This document shows, one piece after another, positions 17,071 through 27,390 of a stretch of DNA of 64,000 bases (within the stretch, counting starts at the first letter, position 1; each line of letters begins with the position of its first letter). The DNA is from Nitrospinales bacterium (lineage in GTDB: Bacteria > Nitrospinota > Nitrospinia > Nitrospinales > VA-1): the NCBI GenBank assembly GCA_965223345.1, contig CBDCWG010000012.1, forward strand, positions 2,688,001 to 2,752,000, read 5' to 3'. A program made the position numbers and the translations under genes. The notes below the pieces were generated by a model. It saw nothing but the letters and a program-made list of their open reading frames with translations. It was not told the DNA's origin and searched no databases.

Positions 17071-19209
17071 ATGAATACGCTTTTCCTTCGGGTCTTTGCC
17101 TTTCTGATCGTGTGGTTTCTCTCGGTTCCTTTGCCCTCTTCCCAGTCGGCAACGCAAGACGTCGAGAACCGCATCAAAAAAATCGCCATGATGATGAACA
17201 TCGTGCCGATCGAGTACGGCGCCGCCATCGTCAATGGGGAGGTCGTGAACGCGGCGGAATATGAGGAAAGCCGGATTTTTCTCGAACAGTCGGCGAACCG
17301 GTTCAAAAAGCTGCCGGCCATTCCCGAGAAAAAAGCCGAACTCGCCGATATCGTCAAACGGTTCGAAACCCTTGCGGGCAAGATCGACAGCAAGGTCGAT
17401 CCCAATGAAGTATTGGCGCTGTCCTCGTCGATCAACAAGGATATTTTGCAGGCCTACGGCGTCAAGATCAACGAAACGCCTTCCACGCCGGTCTCGCTGG
17501 AGAACGGCAAGAACATTTATGTGTCGCGCTGCTCGGTATGCCACGGCATGACGGGCAAGGGCGACGGCCCCATCGCTGCGCAACTCGACCCGGCCCCGGC
17601 GGTGCTGGCGGATCCTGAGATCACCGGCGATGCCAACACGGTGGCGTACGACAATTTCCAGGTGATCAATGTGGGGATCGCCAACACGGCGATGATCGGC
17701 TGGGCGGATCTGCTGCCCGAGACGGATCTCTGGGACGTGACCTACTACATCCGCACCTTTTCCAACGAATCGGTGCAGCTTCCGCCCGCCGGCGGCAGCG
17801 CGGTGGTGGTGGCTGCCGGCAACGCGGATGCCGCCGCCCAGCTGGCGGAGGTGGTCATTTCCGAATCGCGCGGCCTGCTGCAGCAGAGCCTCGACGCGTT
17901 CCGCGAAGGCAAGACCGAGCAGGCTGCGGATCTGGCGTTCGACGCGTACCTGTCCTACGAGCGGATCGAAAGCGGGCTGGTGAACAAGCGCAAGGAGCTG
18001 GGCCTCAAGCTGGAATCGAACTTCAACCGCCTGAAAGCGGAGATCCGCCGCAACGCGCCGCAGGATCTGGTTGAAAGCGTCGCCTCTGAAATCGACGCCG
18101 ATCTTGAAACCGGGGTCGCGGTATTGAAAGAAAAGGTGGGATTCACCGGGCTGTTCATCCAGTCGTTTTCCATCATCGTGCGCGAAGGTTTCGAGGCCAT
18201 CCTGATCATCGCCGCGTTGATCGCGTTTCTCGTCAAGTCGCGCAATCAGGACAAGGTCAAAGCGATCTACATCGGCGTGCTGGTCGGCATCGTCGGCAGT
18301 TTCATCACGGCGTATGTGGTGCACGAGGTGTTGCACCTGACTCCCGCCAGCCAGGAGGTGCTGGAAGGCTGGATCATGCTGATCGCGGTGGTGGTGCTGT
18401 TCTGGGTGAGCTACTGGCTGGTGTCGAAGATCGAAGCGGAAAAATGGCAGGCGTACATCACGCAAAAGATGAAAACGGCCGTCACCACCGGCAGCGCGTT
18501 TGCGCTGGGCGGCGCGGCGTTTCTGTCGGTGTACCGCGAAGGGTTCGAGACGGTGCTGTTCTACAAGGCGCTGTATTTGTACGCCGGCGGCGGCACGCAG
18601 GGCATCGTGCCGGGTTTCCTGGCGGGCTGCGCGGTGCTGGCGGTGGTGTATTACCTGATCAACAAGCTGGGCGTGCGCGTTCCGATCAAATGGTTTTTCG
18701 CGTTCACCAGCGTGTTCCTGTACTTCATGGCCTTCACCTTCATGGGACGCGGGCTGCACGAGTTGCAGATGGGCGGCCAGTTGTCCCTGACCCCGGCTTC
18801 CTTCGTTCCGGAGATCCCCTGGCTGGGAATGTACCCGACCTGGGAGACGTTCATCGGCCAGGCCCTGCTGATCGCGGCGCTGGTGTTCGCGCTGGTCTAC
18901 ACGTTCGTGATCAAGCCGGAGAAGCAGGTCAAGCAGTTGAAAAAAGAGGCGTCGCACATTCAAAAGGACATCACCGCGGTGCACGACATGGTGGAGCACA
19001 TCTCCCACCACGCCAAGCGCTGCGAGATTTTTCTCAAGGACACCAAGGACCAGGACCTCAAGGAGTTGTCCGGGCACCTGAAGGAGATCGACGAGAAGGT
19101 GCACGAACTCTTCGATCATGTGGCGTATGTGAAGAACGAGCTGCAGGATGAGTACGACCGGCTCGGCAGCGCGGCATTTTCCAGCGAGGAAAAGAAAGGG
19201 CTCACTTGA
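17071..19209 (+). CDS. Cytochrome c-fused FTR1/EfeU-family iron permease (PbrT-like) with a His-rich C-terminal extension
   Basis: Signal peptide; EYEE; CSVCHG heme motif; two REGFE motifs in the TM region. Confidence 0.92.
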   Translation: MNTLFLRVFAFLIVWFLSVPLPSSQSATQDVENRIKKIAMMMNIVPIEYGAAIVNGEVVNAAEYEESRIFLEQSANRFKKLPAIPEKKAELADIVKRFETLAGKIDSKVDPNEVLALSSSINKDILQAYGVKINETPSTPVSLENGKNIYVSRCSVCHGMTGKGDGPIAAQLDPAPAVLADPEITGDANTVAYDNFQVINVGIANTAMIGWADLLPETDLWDVTYYIRTFSNESVQLPPAGGSAVVVAAGNADAAAQLAEVVISESRGLLQQSLDAFREGKTEQAADLAFDAYLSYERIESGLVNKRKELGLKLESNFNRLKAEIRRNAPQDLVESVASEIDADLETGVAVLKEKVGFTGLFIQSFSIIVREGFEAILIIAALIAFLVKSRNQDKVKAIYIGVLVGIVGSFITAYVVHEVLHLTPASQEVLEGWIMLIAVVVLFWVSYWLVSKIEAEKWQAYITQKMKTAVTTGSAFALGGAAFLSVYREGFETVLFYKALYLYAGGGTQGIVPGFLAGCAVLAVVYYLINKLGVRVPIKWFFAFTSVFLYFMAFTFMGRGLHELQMGGQLSLTPASFVPEIPWLGMYPTWETFIGQALLIAALVFALVYTFVIKPEKQVKQLKKEASHIQKDITAVHDMVEHISHHAKRCEIFLKDTKDQDLKELSGHLKEIDEKVHELFDHVAYVKNELQDEYDRLGSAAFSSEEKKGLT

Positions 19210-20753
19210 ATTTCCGCCTTTCAAAGCACACGCGTGGAATCCACAAATGGATCGGCCTGGTCTGCGCTTTCTTTTTCATCATTCTATCCGTGTCCGGCGT
19301 CATCCTCATGCACTATGAGGAACTGGGATTGAACGGCGTCACGGTCAGCGGCAAATACCTCCCCAAAAAATACTTTCAGGTGGCGACCCAGCGGCGCGCC
19401 ATTCAGGCGCTGCTGATCGCGCCGGACGATCCGTCTCTCGTTTATGCGGGCACCGACCTCGGGCTCTACCGTTCTCCCGATGCCGGGCGCACCTGGGTCG
19501 AGATCAACCAGGGCCTGTTCAGCCAGGACATCCGGACGCTGGCCGCGGGCGAAGGCCCTATCCTGTTTGCCGGAACGCCGCGCGGTGTGTTCAAGTCCGA
19601 AGATGGCGGCGGCAACTGGACCGACTGGTTCGACGCGTCGAGCGGGCTGAGCGAAGGCGCGGTCTGGCATGTTGCGGTGCACCCTGAGGATGCGGCGCGG
19701 GTGTTCGCGGCGACGCAGACCGGTCTGTTCGTATCCAGCGATGAAGGCGATAGCTGGGAACGGATCTTCCCCGAGCAGGCGGGCGCGGCGGGCCGCGCCG
19801 TGAAACAGGTGGTGTTTTCCGCAACGGCGGCGGACACGATCTACCTGGTCGCGGAGAAAAACGTGTTCCGCAGCCAGGACGGCGGCAAGGGCTGGGACCG
19901 GGTGTGGGCGAGCGACCTTTCCGAAAGCGTTTTCGATCTGGTTTCCCTGAAGACGGACCCGGAGTTTCTGTATGCCGCCACCGCGGACGGGCTGATGAAA
20001 TCCTTCAACGGCGGGCGCACCTGGGTGCGCAATGCGTTGCCGGGTTCGATGCGCGCCCTGTTTCCGGTGTCCGGCGACGTTTCGCAACTGTATGTGGCGA
20101 CGGAGGACTCGCTTTTTTACACGAACACCGGCGGCAATTCCTGGCAGGATCTCGAATTCGAGCACGACGCGATACAGGGAGCGACGCTCACGCGCATCGC
20201 CGATGCGGGAGGCGCCGCCCCTGCCCTGTTTGCAGGCACCTCCGCGGGACTCTCGGTCTCACGCGATGCGGGAAAAAACTGGCAGCCGATCGATCTTTCA
20301 GGAGACGCGAACCGGGTATCGGAAGCCGATTTGAAAATGGATCTGGTCAAGCTGATCACGGAAATCCACACCGGACGGTTTTTCGGCTCCTATTTCATGC
20401 TGCTGGTGGACTTGGCGACGGTGGGGCTGGTGATTCTGGTGGGAACCGGGTTCATGATCGCGATCGTGCGCGCCCGGGTGAAAAGCAGAAAACAGAAGAT
20501 CCTCGATGAAGAATCAGAAACGGACCGCGAGCTCGATATTCAGGAGACCGCACGCGATTTGAGCAGCGAGAGCCTTCAGATCCACGACATGATCGAGCAC
20601 ATCGGCAATCACCTGGATAAATGCAAGACCATCTACATGAAGCGCGAGAAAAAAGAGATCGAAGAGATCGACCGGCACATCACGACGCTCGATAAAAAAG
20701 TGCATCACCTGATGCAGCGTATCGGGGAGTTCGAAAAGAATTCTCAGAATTGA
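19206..20753 (+). CDS. PepSY-associated TM protein with BNR/Asp-box beta-propeller and His-rich C terminus
   Basis: IHKWIGL...SGVILMH; repeated SxDxGxxW boxes; EIHTGRFFG; 4 bp overlap with the FTR1 gene. Confidence 0.82.
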   Translation: MNFRLSKHTRGIHKWIGLVCAFFFIILSVSGVILMHYEELGLNGVTVSGKYLPKKYFQVATQRRAIQALLIAPDDPSLVYAGTDLGLYRSPDAGRTWVEINQGLFSQDIRTLAAGEGPILFAGTPRGVFKSEDGGGNWTDWFDASSGLSEGAVWHVAVHPEDAARVFAATQTGLFVSSDEGDSWERIFPEQAGAAGRAVKQVVFSATAADTIYLVAEKNVFRSQDGGKGWDRVWASDLSESVFDLVSLKTDPEFLYAATADGLMKSFNGGRTWVRNALPGSMRALFPVSGDVSQLYVATEDSLFYTNTGGNSWQDLEFEHDAIQGATLTRIADAGGAAPALFAGTSAGLSVSRDAGKNWQPIDLSGDANRVSEADLKMDLVKLITEIHTGRFFGSYFMLLVDLATVGLVILVGTGFMIAIVRARVKSRKQKILDEESETDRELDIQETARDLSSESLQIHDMIEHIGNHLDKCKTIYMKREKKEIEEIDRHITTLDKKVHHLMQRIGEFEKNSQN

Positions 20754-20839
20754 AGTGTCGGGAAGACGGAGTCAGTCGGAGTGAGAGGTGCTGCGGCGCG
20801 TTCGTGTTTCCATTCCCTGGTTTGCCTGCGGGGAGTGTT

Positions 20840-21103
20840 TCAGTGGATGAGGCGTTTGCCGCGGCTTTTGGTTTGCTCGCAGGGATTCAGGTCGCGGGTG
20901 AATTCCATTTTCTTGAACTCTTCCCAGTCATCCCGGAACAGATTGAAGCCGACATAATCGAGGGCCTGCATGATTTCCGAGTCGGCGTATTTTTCTTCTT
21001 CCTTGTTGGCTTCACGAATGGCTTCTTCGATCGACTCACAGATTTTCGCAAACCGCTCTTCGTCTTCAAACATCAGAAAATTTTTCATAAAGTCAAAAGC
21101 CAT
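20840..21103 (-). CDS. Hypothetical protein
   Basis: 87 aa, GGAGAGGG RBS. Confidence 0.65.
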   Translation of the reverse strand: MAFDFMKNFLMFEDEERFAKICESIEEAIREANKEEEKYADSEIMQALDYVGFNLFRDDWEEFKKMEFTRDLNPCEQTKSRGKRLIH

Positions 21104-21160
21104 TTTCCCTCTCCTATTTTTTGAGGACGGTCTGCAAAAATAAGTTTACGGTATATTAGA

Positions 21161-21802
21161 TTAAAATTTCTTCACTGCCAACAAAAAATCTTCAATATCT
21201 TTTTGAATCGCGGTGTACTCTTTGTTGCGCATTCGGCTCGGGGATATGATCGATCCACCCAACGCCACCGCATCTGCACCGGCGGATAAAAACTGCGCCG
21301 CGTTCTTCGCGTTCACACCGCCCACGGCGAGCAATCTCAGGTTCTCAAACGGTCCCTTGACAGTGCGAAAGTATTCACTGCCCACCTGCGAAGCGGGAAA
21401 CACCTTCACCATTTCCGCGCCGGCATTCCAGGCCTTTTCGATTTCGGTCGGCGTGAGGGCTCCGGGGAAGTAAGCGGTGTTCTGGCTGCGGCAGTAATCG
21501 GCCACGGCTTCGTTGAGTGTGGGGGCGACGCAGAATTGCGCTCCAGAAGCGATGGCGGTCCGGGTTTCTTTGAGTGTGAGGACGGTGCCGGCGCCGATGC
21601 AGAGGACGCCGGAAAATTTTTTCGCCGCTTTTTCAATCAATCCCGCAGCGCCCGGTGTGTTGAGGGTGATCTCCACAAAGTGCAATCCCCCGGCGGCGAC
21701 GGCTTCGAGGACGCCTTCGAGGGATTCATGGGTGATGCCGCGGATGATGCCGAGAACCGGCAGTTTTTCAAAGCGCGCAGTGTCGTAACCCGGAACGGCC
21801 AT
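21161..21802 (-). CDS. eda: KDPG/KHG aldolase
   Basis: VEITL, IGAGTVL, PGALTPTE, VKVFPA, VGGV. Confidence 0.88.
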   Translation of the reverse strand: MAVPGYDTARFEKLPVLGIIRGITHESLEGVLEAVAAGGLHFVEITLNTPGAAGLIEKAAKKFSGVLCIGAGTVLTLKETRTAIASGAQFCVAPTLNEAVADYCRSQNTAYFPGALTPTEIEKAWNAGAEMVKVFPASQVGSEYFRTVKGPFENLRLLAVGGVNAKNAAQFLSAGADAVALGGSIISPSRMRNKEYTAIQKDIEDFLLAVKKF

Positions 21803-21810
21803 GGGACGGG

Positions 21811-22767
21811 TCAGACATTCGCTTCCGAGGTCAGCTTTTCATAGAAGGAAAGATAATTGTCCTTGTCATCGGACTGCCGTAACTTCATGGCGGCGCGCGG
21901 ATGCAGATCCAACACTCCGGTGATCATGTAGGGGATGGTGTAACCCCATTCGATTTCCTGCTGCAGTTTCACGAAGTCGCTTTCCAGCACCTCGAGAATG
22001 GGCCGCACGTCGAATTTGGGATTCTTCAGAAAGCCCAGAAGCAGCTCGAGAGGACAATTGCCCGCGGCGCGGCCGATTCCGTAAATGGTGCCGTCGAGGT
22101 AATTGACGTTGCGGATGATCGCCTCGATGGTGTTGGCGAACGCCAGCTGCTGGTTGTTGTGGGCGTGGATGCCGATTTCCCGGGTTTTCAGGATGCTTTT
22201 GTATTTGTCCGCCAGGTAGGCGATCTGCTCGGAATACAGCGCGCCGAAACTGTCCACGAGATACACCACATCGACCTCGCTTTCCTTTTCCACCTGCTCC
22301 AGCGCTTCGTCCAGCTCCCGTTCGCGCGCGTGCGAGACCGCCATGATGTTGATGGTGGTTTCGTAGCCCTTGGCCTTGATGTTGTTGACCAGATCGATGG
22401 CCTTGTCTATGTCCTTGACATAAGAGGCCACGCGCATCATGTCGGCGTAGCTTTCGGATGCGGGCACGATGTCCTTGGGATCGAAGCGTCCGATGTCGGC
22501 CATCACCGAAATTTTACATTTCTTTTCCGTGTTGCCGATCACGTTTTCCAGATCCTTCTCCGAACAGAACTTCATCGGGCCGTACTCTTCCCGTTTGAAC
22601 TGTTTTTCATCGGCTTTGTAGCCCAGTTCCATATAATCGACGCCGGAATTGTTGATGGCGGTGAACACGCGTTGAACCATGCCGTTGTCGAACTTGTGGT
22701 TGTTCATCAATCCGCCATCGCGGATGGTGCAATCCAGAACCTTTATTTCTTTGCGAAACATTCCCAT
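21811..22767 (-). CDS. DRE-TIM metallolyase (4-hydroxy-2-oxovalerate aldolase-like/HMGL-like)
   Basis: LDCTIRDGG, VDSFG, IHAHNNQQLA, GIGRAAGN. Confidence 0.85.
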   Translation of the reverse strand: MGMFRKEIKVLDCTIRDGGLMNNHKFDNGMVQRVFTAINNSGVDYMELGYKADEKQFKREEYGPMKFCSEKDLENVIGNTEKKCKISVMADIGRFDPKDIVPASESYADMMRVASYVKDIDKAIDLVNNIKAKGYETTINIMAVSHARERELDEALEQVEKESEVDVVYLVDSFGALYSEQIAYLADKYKSILKTREIGIHAHNNQQLAFANTIEAIIRNVNYLDGTIYGIGRAAGNCPLELLLGFLKNPKFDVRPILEVLESDFVKLQQEIEWGYTIPYMITGVLDLHPRAAMKLRQSDDKDNYLSFYEKLTSEANV

Positions 22768-23001
22768 TCACTCCCCGAAGATCGAAACTCTTCGGATTCA
22801 AGGTCTATAAATAAAGCGTTGTTATCCAAATGAGTTGATTTCGATGATTATATTTTGATTAAATCAGGGGGTCAATTCAATTATCGAAAAAATCCCGTTC
22901 CCGACGCCGAAGCAAACATTTATATTTCAATTCTCTCGGGCTATTCAAGAACGGGTTCGGAGCCCAGATATCGGGGGGCATTCTCATTTTCAGAGGAGCG
23001 T

Positions 23002-23415
23002 ATGAATTACTGGCTGGTCAAACAGGAACCGTCGAAGTACAGCTGGGAGCAATTCGTCGATGATGGAAGCACTTACTGGGACGGCGTGCGCAATTATCAG
23101 GCGCGCAACAACCTCAAGGAGATGAAAAAAGGCGACCGGGTGTTTTTCTATCACAGCGTCACGGGAAAGGAGATCAAGGGCATCGCCCAGGTCACAAAAG
23201 AGGCTTACCCGGATCCAACCACCGATGATGACCGCTGGGTGGTCGTCGATCTGAAACCGGTCAAAGCGATGAAAACCCCTGTGACTCTGGACGATATCAA
23301 GGCGCATCCGGATCTCGGCTCGATCGCCCTCGTCAAGCAGAGCCGGCTTTCGGTCATGCCGGTCACGAAAAAGGAATTTCAGGTCATCCTGAAGATGGGC
23401 AACACGTCGGTTTGA
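23002..23415 (+). CDS. EVE domain protein
   Basis: MNYWLVKQEP, WDGVRNYQARN, FFYHS, RLSVMPV. Confidence 0.93.
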   Translation: MNYWLVKQEPSKYSWEQFVDDGSTYWDGVRNYQARNNLKEMKKGDRVFFYHSVTGKEIKGIAQVTKEAYPDPTTDDDRWVVVDLKPVKAMKTPVTLDDIKAHPDLGSIALVKQSRLSVMPVTKKEFQVILKMGNTSV

Positions 23416-23540
23416 GCGGATGCAAACCGGACTCTATATAAAGTGTCTGGCGGTTGAGGTCTTTTTTTAAGGATTGACTCGAACCGCGCGGCGGGATAGA
23501 TTGGGCCTTTCGTTCACCGGGAACCCGGAGGGAGGATCCG

Positions 23541-23789
23541 TTGTTGACTGGCAAGCAGGCTCTGATCGTTGCGGTTTTGCTGTTTGCGTTCGGCTGTTCC
23601 GAAAAAAAGGACGCCGTTTCGCCGTCGGTCTCGCCCAAAGTCAAGACGGCGCCTTCCGCAGCGCCGAAAGAGGAGCATGTGAGTGGCAATGAAACGCCCA
23701 CCCAAAAGCCGTCCTCCCCGCAGCCGGGGCACATCTCCGGCAACTCACAGGACACCGCTTCCCCGGACCCGCATATCTCCGGCAACTGA
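23541..23789 (+). CDS. Small disordered lipoprotein with three H(V/I)SGN repeats
   Basis: GGAGG RBS, TTG start, lipobox FAFGC. Confidence 0.65.
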   Translation: MLTGKQALIVAVLLFAFGCSEKKDAVSPSVSPKVKTAPSAAPKEEHVSGNETPTQKPSSPQPGHISGNSQDTASPDPHISGN

Positions 23790-24462
23790 CTCCATCCAAT
23801 CCACCCTGGCGATCCTGGGATCGCTGACTTTTCTCTGGATCGGTAGCCTCGCGCTGCCCGTGCAGGCGGAGGCCGAGCCCTGCCGCGAAGAAATCCGCGC
23901 TCTGGAAGCGAAACGCGACAACGTGGCGGCGCAGGACGGGTTGTGGACCCTGTTCGAGCGATCCCCGGAGCTGCGCAACGATTCCAGCCTCGCCATGCAA
24001 GTCGATTCCAGCGCCAACAAGCTGATCGCCAATCTGATCTACCTGTGCGAAACGCAACAAGGCGTGCCGCTGACGGAGCTGGCAGATTTCGTGCAGCGCA
24101 AGGTGGCCGAGCAGGGCGCGGAGCGGTTCAAACAGGAAATGATCCTTCTCGGCAAACCGCCGAAAGAGATCGACGTGTGGATCGAGTACGCCGAAATCGC
24201 CGTGCGTAACCAGAAGCGCACCCTGAAGCCGGAAACGATCCACACCTCCATCGTGCAGGGGGAAAAGCTGATGGACGCCTACGCGCGCATCGCCGAGCGG
24301 CTGGAAAACCCGCAGGACGTCGGTTCCCTGCGCGCCACGTTCCTCAAGCTCAAGCAGAACATGGAGCGTTTTTTCGCTTCCGATCCCTATGTGTCCCTCG
24401 CCATCCTGGAAAACGTACAAATCCCCTACTGGGACATCGACGAAAACCACGGTGGCTCCTGA
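23689..24462 (+). CDS. Exported helical hypothetical protein (start uncertain)
   Basis: Signal-like segment LAILGSLTFLWIGSLALPVQA; strong coding bias after about 23800. Confidence 0.65.
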   Translation: MKRPPKSRPPRSRGTSPATHRTPLPRTRISPATDSIQSTLAILGSLTFLWIGSLALPVQAEAEPCREEIRALEAKRDNVAAQDGLWTLFERSPELRNDSSLAMQVDSSANKLIANLIYLCETQQGVPLTELADFVQRKVAEQGAERFKQEMILLGKPPKEIDVWIEYAEIAVRNQKRTLKPETIHTSIVQGEKLMDAYARIAERLENPQDVGSLRATFLKLKQNMERFFASDPYVSLAILENVQIPYWDIDENHGGS

Positions 24463-24603
24463 TTTTTCAGAGCCCGTTGCCGCCCGCGGTGTTGCCACCG
24501 GCAGCCGCTTCGCGGCAGCCGGATTCTGTTAATTTTGTGATTCCCGCAAAATTGATTATACTCGGGACCGATTTGTCACTGAAAAACCAATGGAGGGGGA
24601 ACG

Positions 24604-25407
24604 ATGGGCAATTTTCTTGTGATCGGCGGCACGGGTGTGATGGGCAGCGCGGCAATCCAGGCGGTGCGCAAGCAGTACGGCAGCGAGGCCAGAATCCTGG
24701 CGAACTGGTACGGCAAGGAAGAGCCGGGTTTTGAGATAGAAGGCGCTGACGAAACGCTGTTCGGAGACATCACCGACCCGGGCCTGCTCGACAAAATCCG
24801 CGCTTTCGGAACAGGGGGCTTCGAATATCTGTTTTACGCCACCGCGCTGGGGGACGTGGGGACGCCGATCAAGGACGCGACGCAGGAGCAGATCGAAAAA
24901 TCCAACCGCCTGTCCTTCGACCCGATTCCCAAGCTGGAAGCGGCGCTGGATGTCAAAACCATCGTCACCTACTCCACGTTTTACACCATCCGGCATCAAG
25001 TCGCCACGTACGGGGCCATGGGCCATTCCAAGGAAGCCATCGAGAAGTGGACGGTGGAGCCGGGCAAATCCAAACGCGCCTGCATCCGCGCGGGATTGTT
25101 CGAATCGCCCTCTTCCCGCGGCATCAAGCTGCTGCTGCGCAAAACCGCCAAAAAGCCGGAAAACCTCAAGGACCCGCTGCTCATCGCCTATTTCAAGGAT
25201 GTGCCGTCCAGCCAGGGCATCAAGCGATTCGAGGAAGGCATCTTCACCGAAGAGCGGGAAACATACGGCGACGCCCGCACCACCCAGGACGATCTTTACC
25301 GGGCGCATCTGGAGCTGTTCAATACCGCGGATCCGGTATTTGTGAACGTCTGCGGCAAGAAAATCTGGCACTCAAAAGAGCCGCTTTTATTGCAGGATTT
25401 CCTGTAA
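24604..25407 (+). CDS. Atypical SDR oxidoreductase, FabI-like
   Basis: VIGGTGVMG; YGAMGHSK (YxxMxxxK); AGLFESPSSRGI. Confidence 0.7.
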   Translation: MGNFLVIGGTGVMGSAAIQAVRKQYGSEARILANWYGKEEPGFEIEGADETLFGDITDPGLLDKIRAFGTGGFEYLFYATALGDVGTPIKDATQEQIEKSNRLSFDPIPKLEAALDVKTIVTYSTFYTIRHQVATYGAMGHSKEAIEKWTVEPGKSKRACIRAGLFESPSSRGIKLLLRKTAKKPENLKDPLLIAYFKDVPSSQGIKRFEEGIFTEERETYGDARTTQDDLYRAHLELFNTADPVFVNVCGKKIWHSKEPLLLQDFL

Positions 25408-25628
25408 AACCGGCCCTCCGGCGTCTGTCCGTAATTCGCGGAATCTCAAGGATTCTCGGATCTCCGAATCGAAAATAACCGCTTAAAAACAATACTTTAT
25501 GGCTTTTTTGCCGAAATTGTTTTATAGTCAAGTATTCAGCATATCGAACACTTGGAGTCCTGCCAGCGCTTCCCCCACCGGAGGGAACGCTGTTTTGTCG
25601 TTCTCCCATCCTGCACCACAGGCTTTTT

Positions 25629-27359
25629 ATGAAAAAACGGCGGCAACCCCTTTCTTCGTCTGCGCGTTTGTCCCACAATGAGGGACTGAACCATCTGCTC
25701 GGCAGCGTGGTGCGGGATGTCAAGGACTACGCCGACCGCCTCCACTCCCAGATCCGCAAGCTTTCCGACATCGGCCGCGCCCTTTCCGGGGTGGACGACC
25801 TCAACGAACTGCTGGAAATGATCGTCGATCAGGCCCGCAGCTTCACGCATGCGGACGCCGGGACCCTGTACATCAAGGAAGGCGACGAGCTGCAGTTCAT
25901 GATCTTTCAGAACGACAGCCTGAACATCCGCATGGGCGGAAAAACGGGAGACGAGATCCCCTTCCCTCCCGTCGAGCTCAAGGAAACCAACGTCTCGGCC
26001 TTCGTGGCGCTGAACGGCATTTCCGTCAACATCCCGGACGTGTACGACACGGCCCTGTTCGATTTCACCGGCCCCAAGGAATTCGACCGCTCCACCGGCT
26101 ACCGCACCCAGTCGATGCTGGTGGTGCTGATGCGCAACCACGAGAACGACGTGCTGGGTGTGCTGCAACTGCTCAACGCCAAGGACCCGGAAACCGGGGA
26201 GGTGATCGCGTTTTCGCCGGAATGCGAGAACCTCACCGAGTGCCTCGCTTCCCAGGCCGCCATCGCCATCTCGAACGTGCAGCTGGTCAACGACATGGAA
26301 AACCTGTTCGAGGCGTTCCTCAAGGTGATGGCCACCGCGATCGACGAAAAATCTCCGGTCACCGGCGGCCATATCCGGCGCGTGGCGAACCTGACGCTGA
26401 CCATGGCGGAGGTGATCGACGCGCAGCAGGACGGCGTGTTCAAGGACCGGTTTTTCGATACGGACGCCATGCATGAGCTGCGCATCGCCGCCTGGATGCA
26501 CGACATCGGCAAGGTGACCAGCCCGATGGAGATCATGGAAAAATCCCGCAAGCTGCAGACCATCTTCGACCGCATCGAGCAGGTGGATCTCAGGATGGCC
26601 TACATTCAGGAGCGGATCAAAAACGAGGGGCTGAAAAAGCGCATCCAGGCCATGCAGGCGGTCACGCCGGCCGCCGAGCTGCGGCGCATCGAGGAGGAAA
26701 CCGCCAAACGGCTGCAGGAAGTCGTGGACATCCGCGCGTTCATCCTGCGCTGCAACGAGCCTGGCGAAACCCTGGACGACGCCAGCATCGAGAAGCTAAA
26801 GGCCATCGCCAAGCGAACCTACACCGACGCCAAGGGGCGGGAAAAACCGTTTCTGGAAGCGGACGAGCTGGAGTACCTGTCCATCCGCCGGGGCACGATC
26901 AGCGAGGCGGAACGGGAAAAGATGAAAGAGCACGCGTACGTGACGGTCAAGATGCTGGAGCAGATCCCCTTCACCAAAAAGCTCAGGAACATCCCGCATT
27001 TCGCCGGCGCGCACCACGAATGCATCAACGGCACCGGCTATCCGCTGGGGCTCAAGGGCGATGAAATTCCGTTCGAAGGCAAGCTGATGGCGGTGGTGGA
27101 CATCGCCGAAGCGCTGACGGCGACGGACCGGCCCTACAAAAAACCGATGTCTCTGGAAAAGGTGCACCAGATTCTCAGAACCCGCGCGCAGCGGGGGGAT
27201 CTGGACAGCGACCTGGTGGAGTTGTTCATCGAGCAGGGGGTTTACGAGAAGTATCTGGAGAAGTACGAGCCCGGCACGCAGCCGCCGGCCGTGAACGGCA
27301 AAGCAAACCCTTCATCCGTTTCACGCTTCGAAGCCATCAAAACCCGGGTCCGGGTTTGA
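25629..27359 (+). CDS. GAF plus HD-GYP cyclic-dinucleotide phosphodiesterase
   Basis: GAF (GYRTQSML, LQLLN); TGGHIRRV, HDIGK, HHECINGTGYP, RPYK. Confidence 0.92.
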   Translation: MKKRRQPLSSSARLSHNEGLNHLLGSVVRDVKDYADRLHSQIRKLSDIGRALSGVDDLNELLEMIVDQARSFTHADAGTLYIKEGDELQFMIFQNDSLNIRMGGKTGDEIPFPPVELKETNVSAFVALNGISVNIPDVYDTALFDFTGPKEFDRSTGYRTQSMLVVLMRNHENDVLGVLQLLNAKDPETGEVIAFSPECENLTECLASQAAIAISNVQLVNDMENLFEAFLKVMATAIDEKSPVTGGHIRRVANLTLTMAEVIDAQQDGVFKDRFFDTDAMHELRIAAWMHDIGKVTSPMEIMEKSRKLQTIFDRIEQVDLRMAYIQERIKNEGLKKRIQAMQAVTPAAELRRIEEETAKRLQEVVDIRAFILRCNEPGETLDDASIEKLKAIAKRTYTDAKGREKPFLEADELEYLSIRRGTISEAEREKMKEHAYVTVKMLEQIPFTKKLRNIPHFAGAHHECINGTGYPLGLKGDEIPFEGKLMAVVDIAEALTATDRPYKKPMSLEKVHQILRTRAQRGDLDSDLVELFIEQGVYEKYLEKYEPGTQPPAVNGKANPSSVSRFEAIKTRVRV

Positions 27360-27390
27360 CGGGCGGATCGAGACTCTTTCCTTCAAAGCG

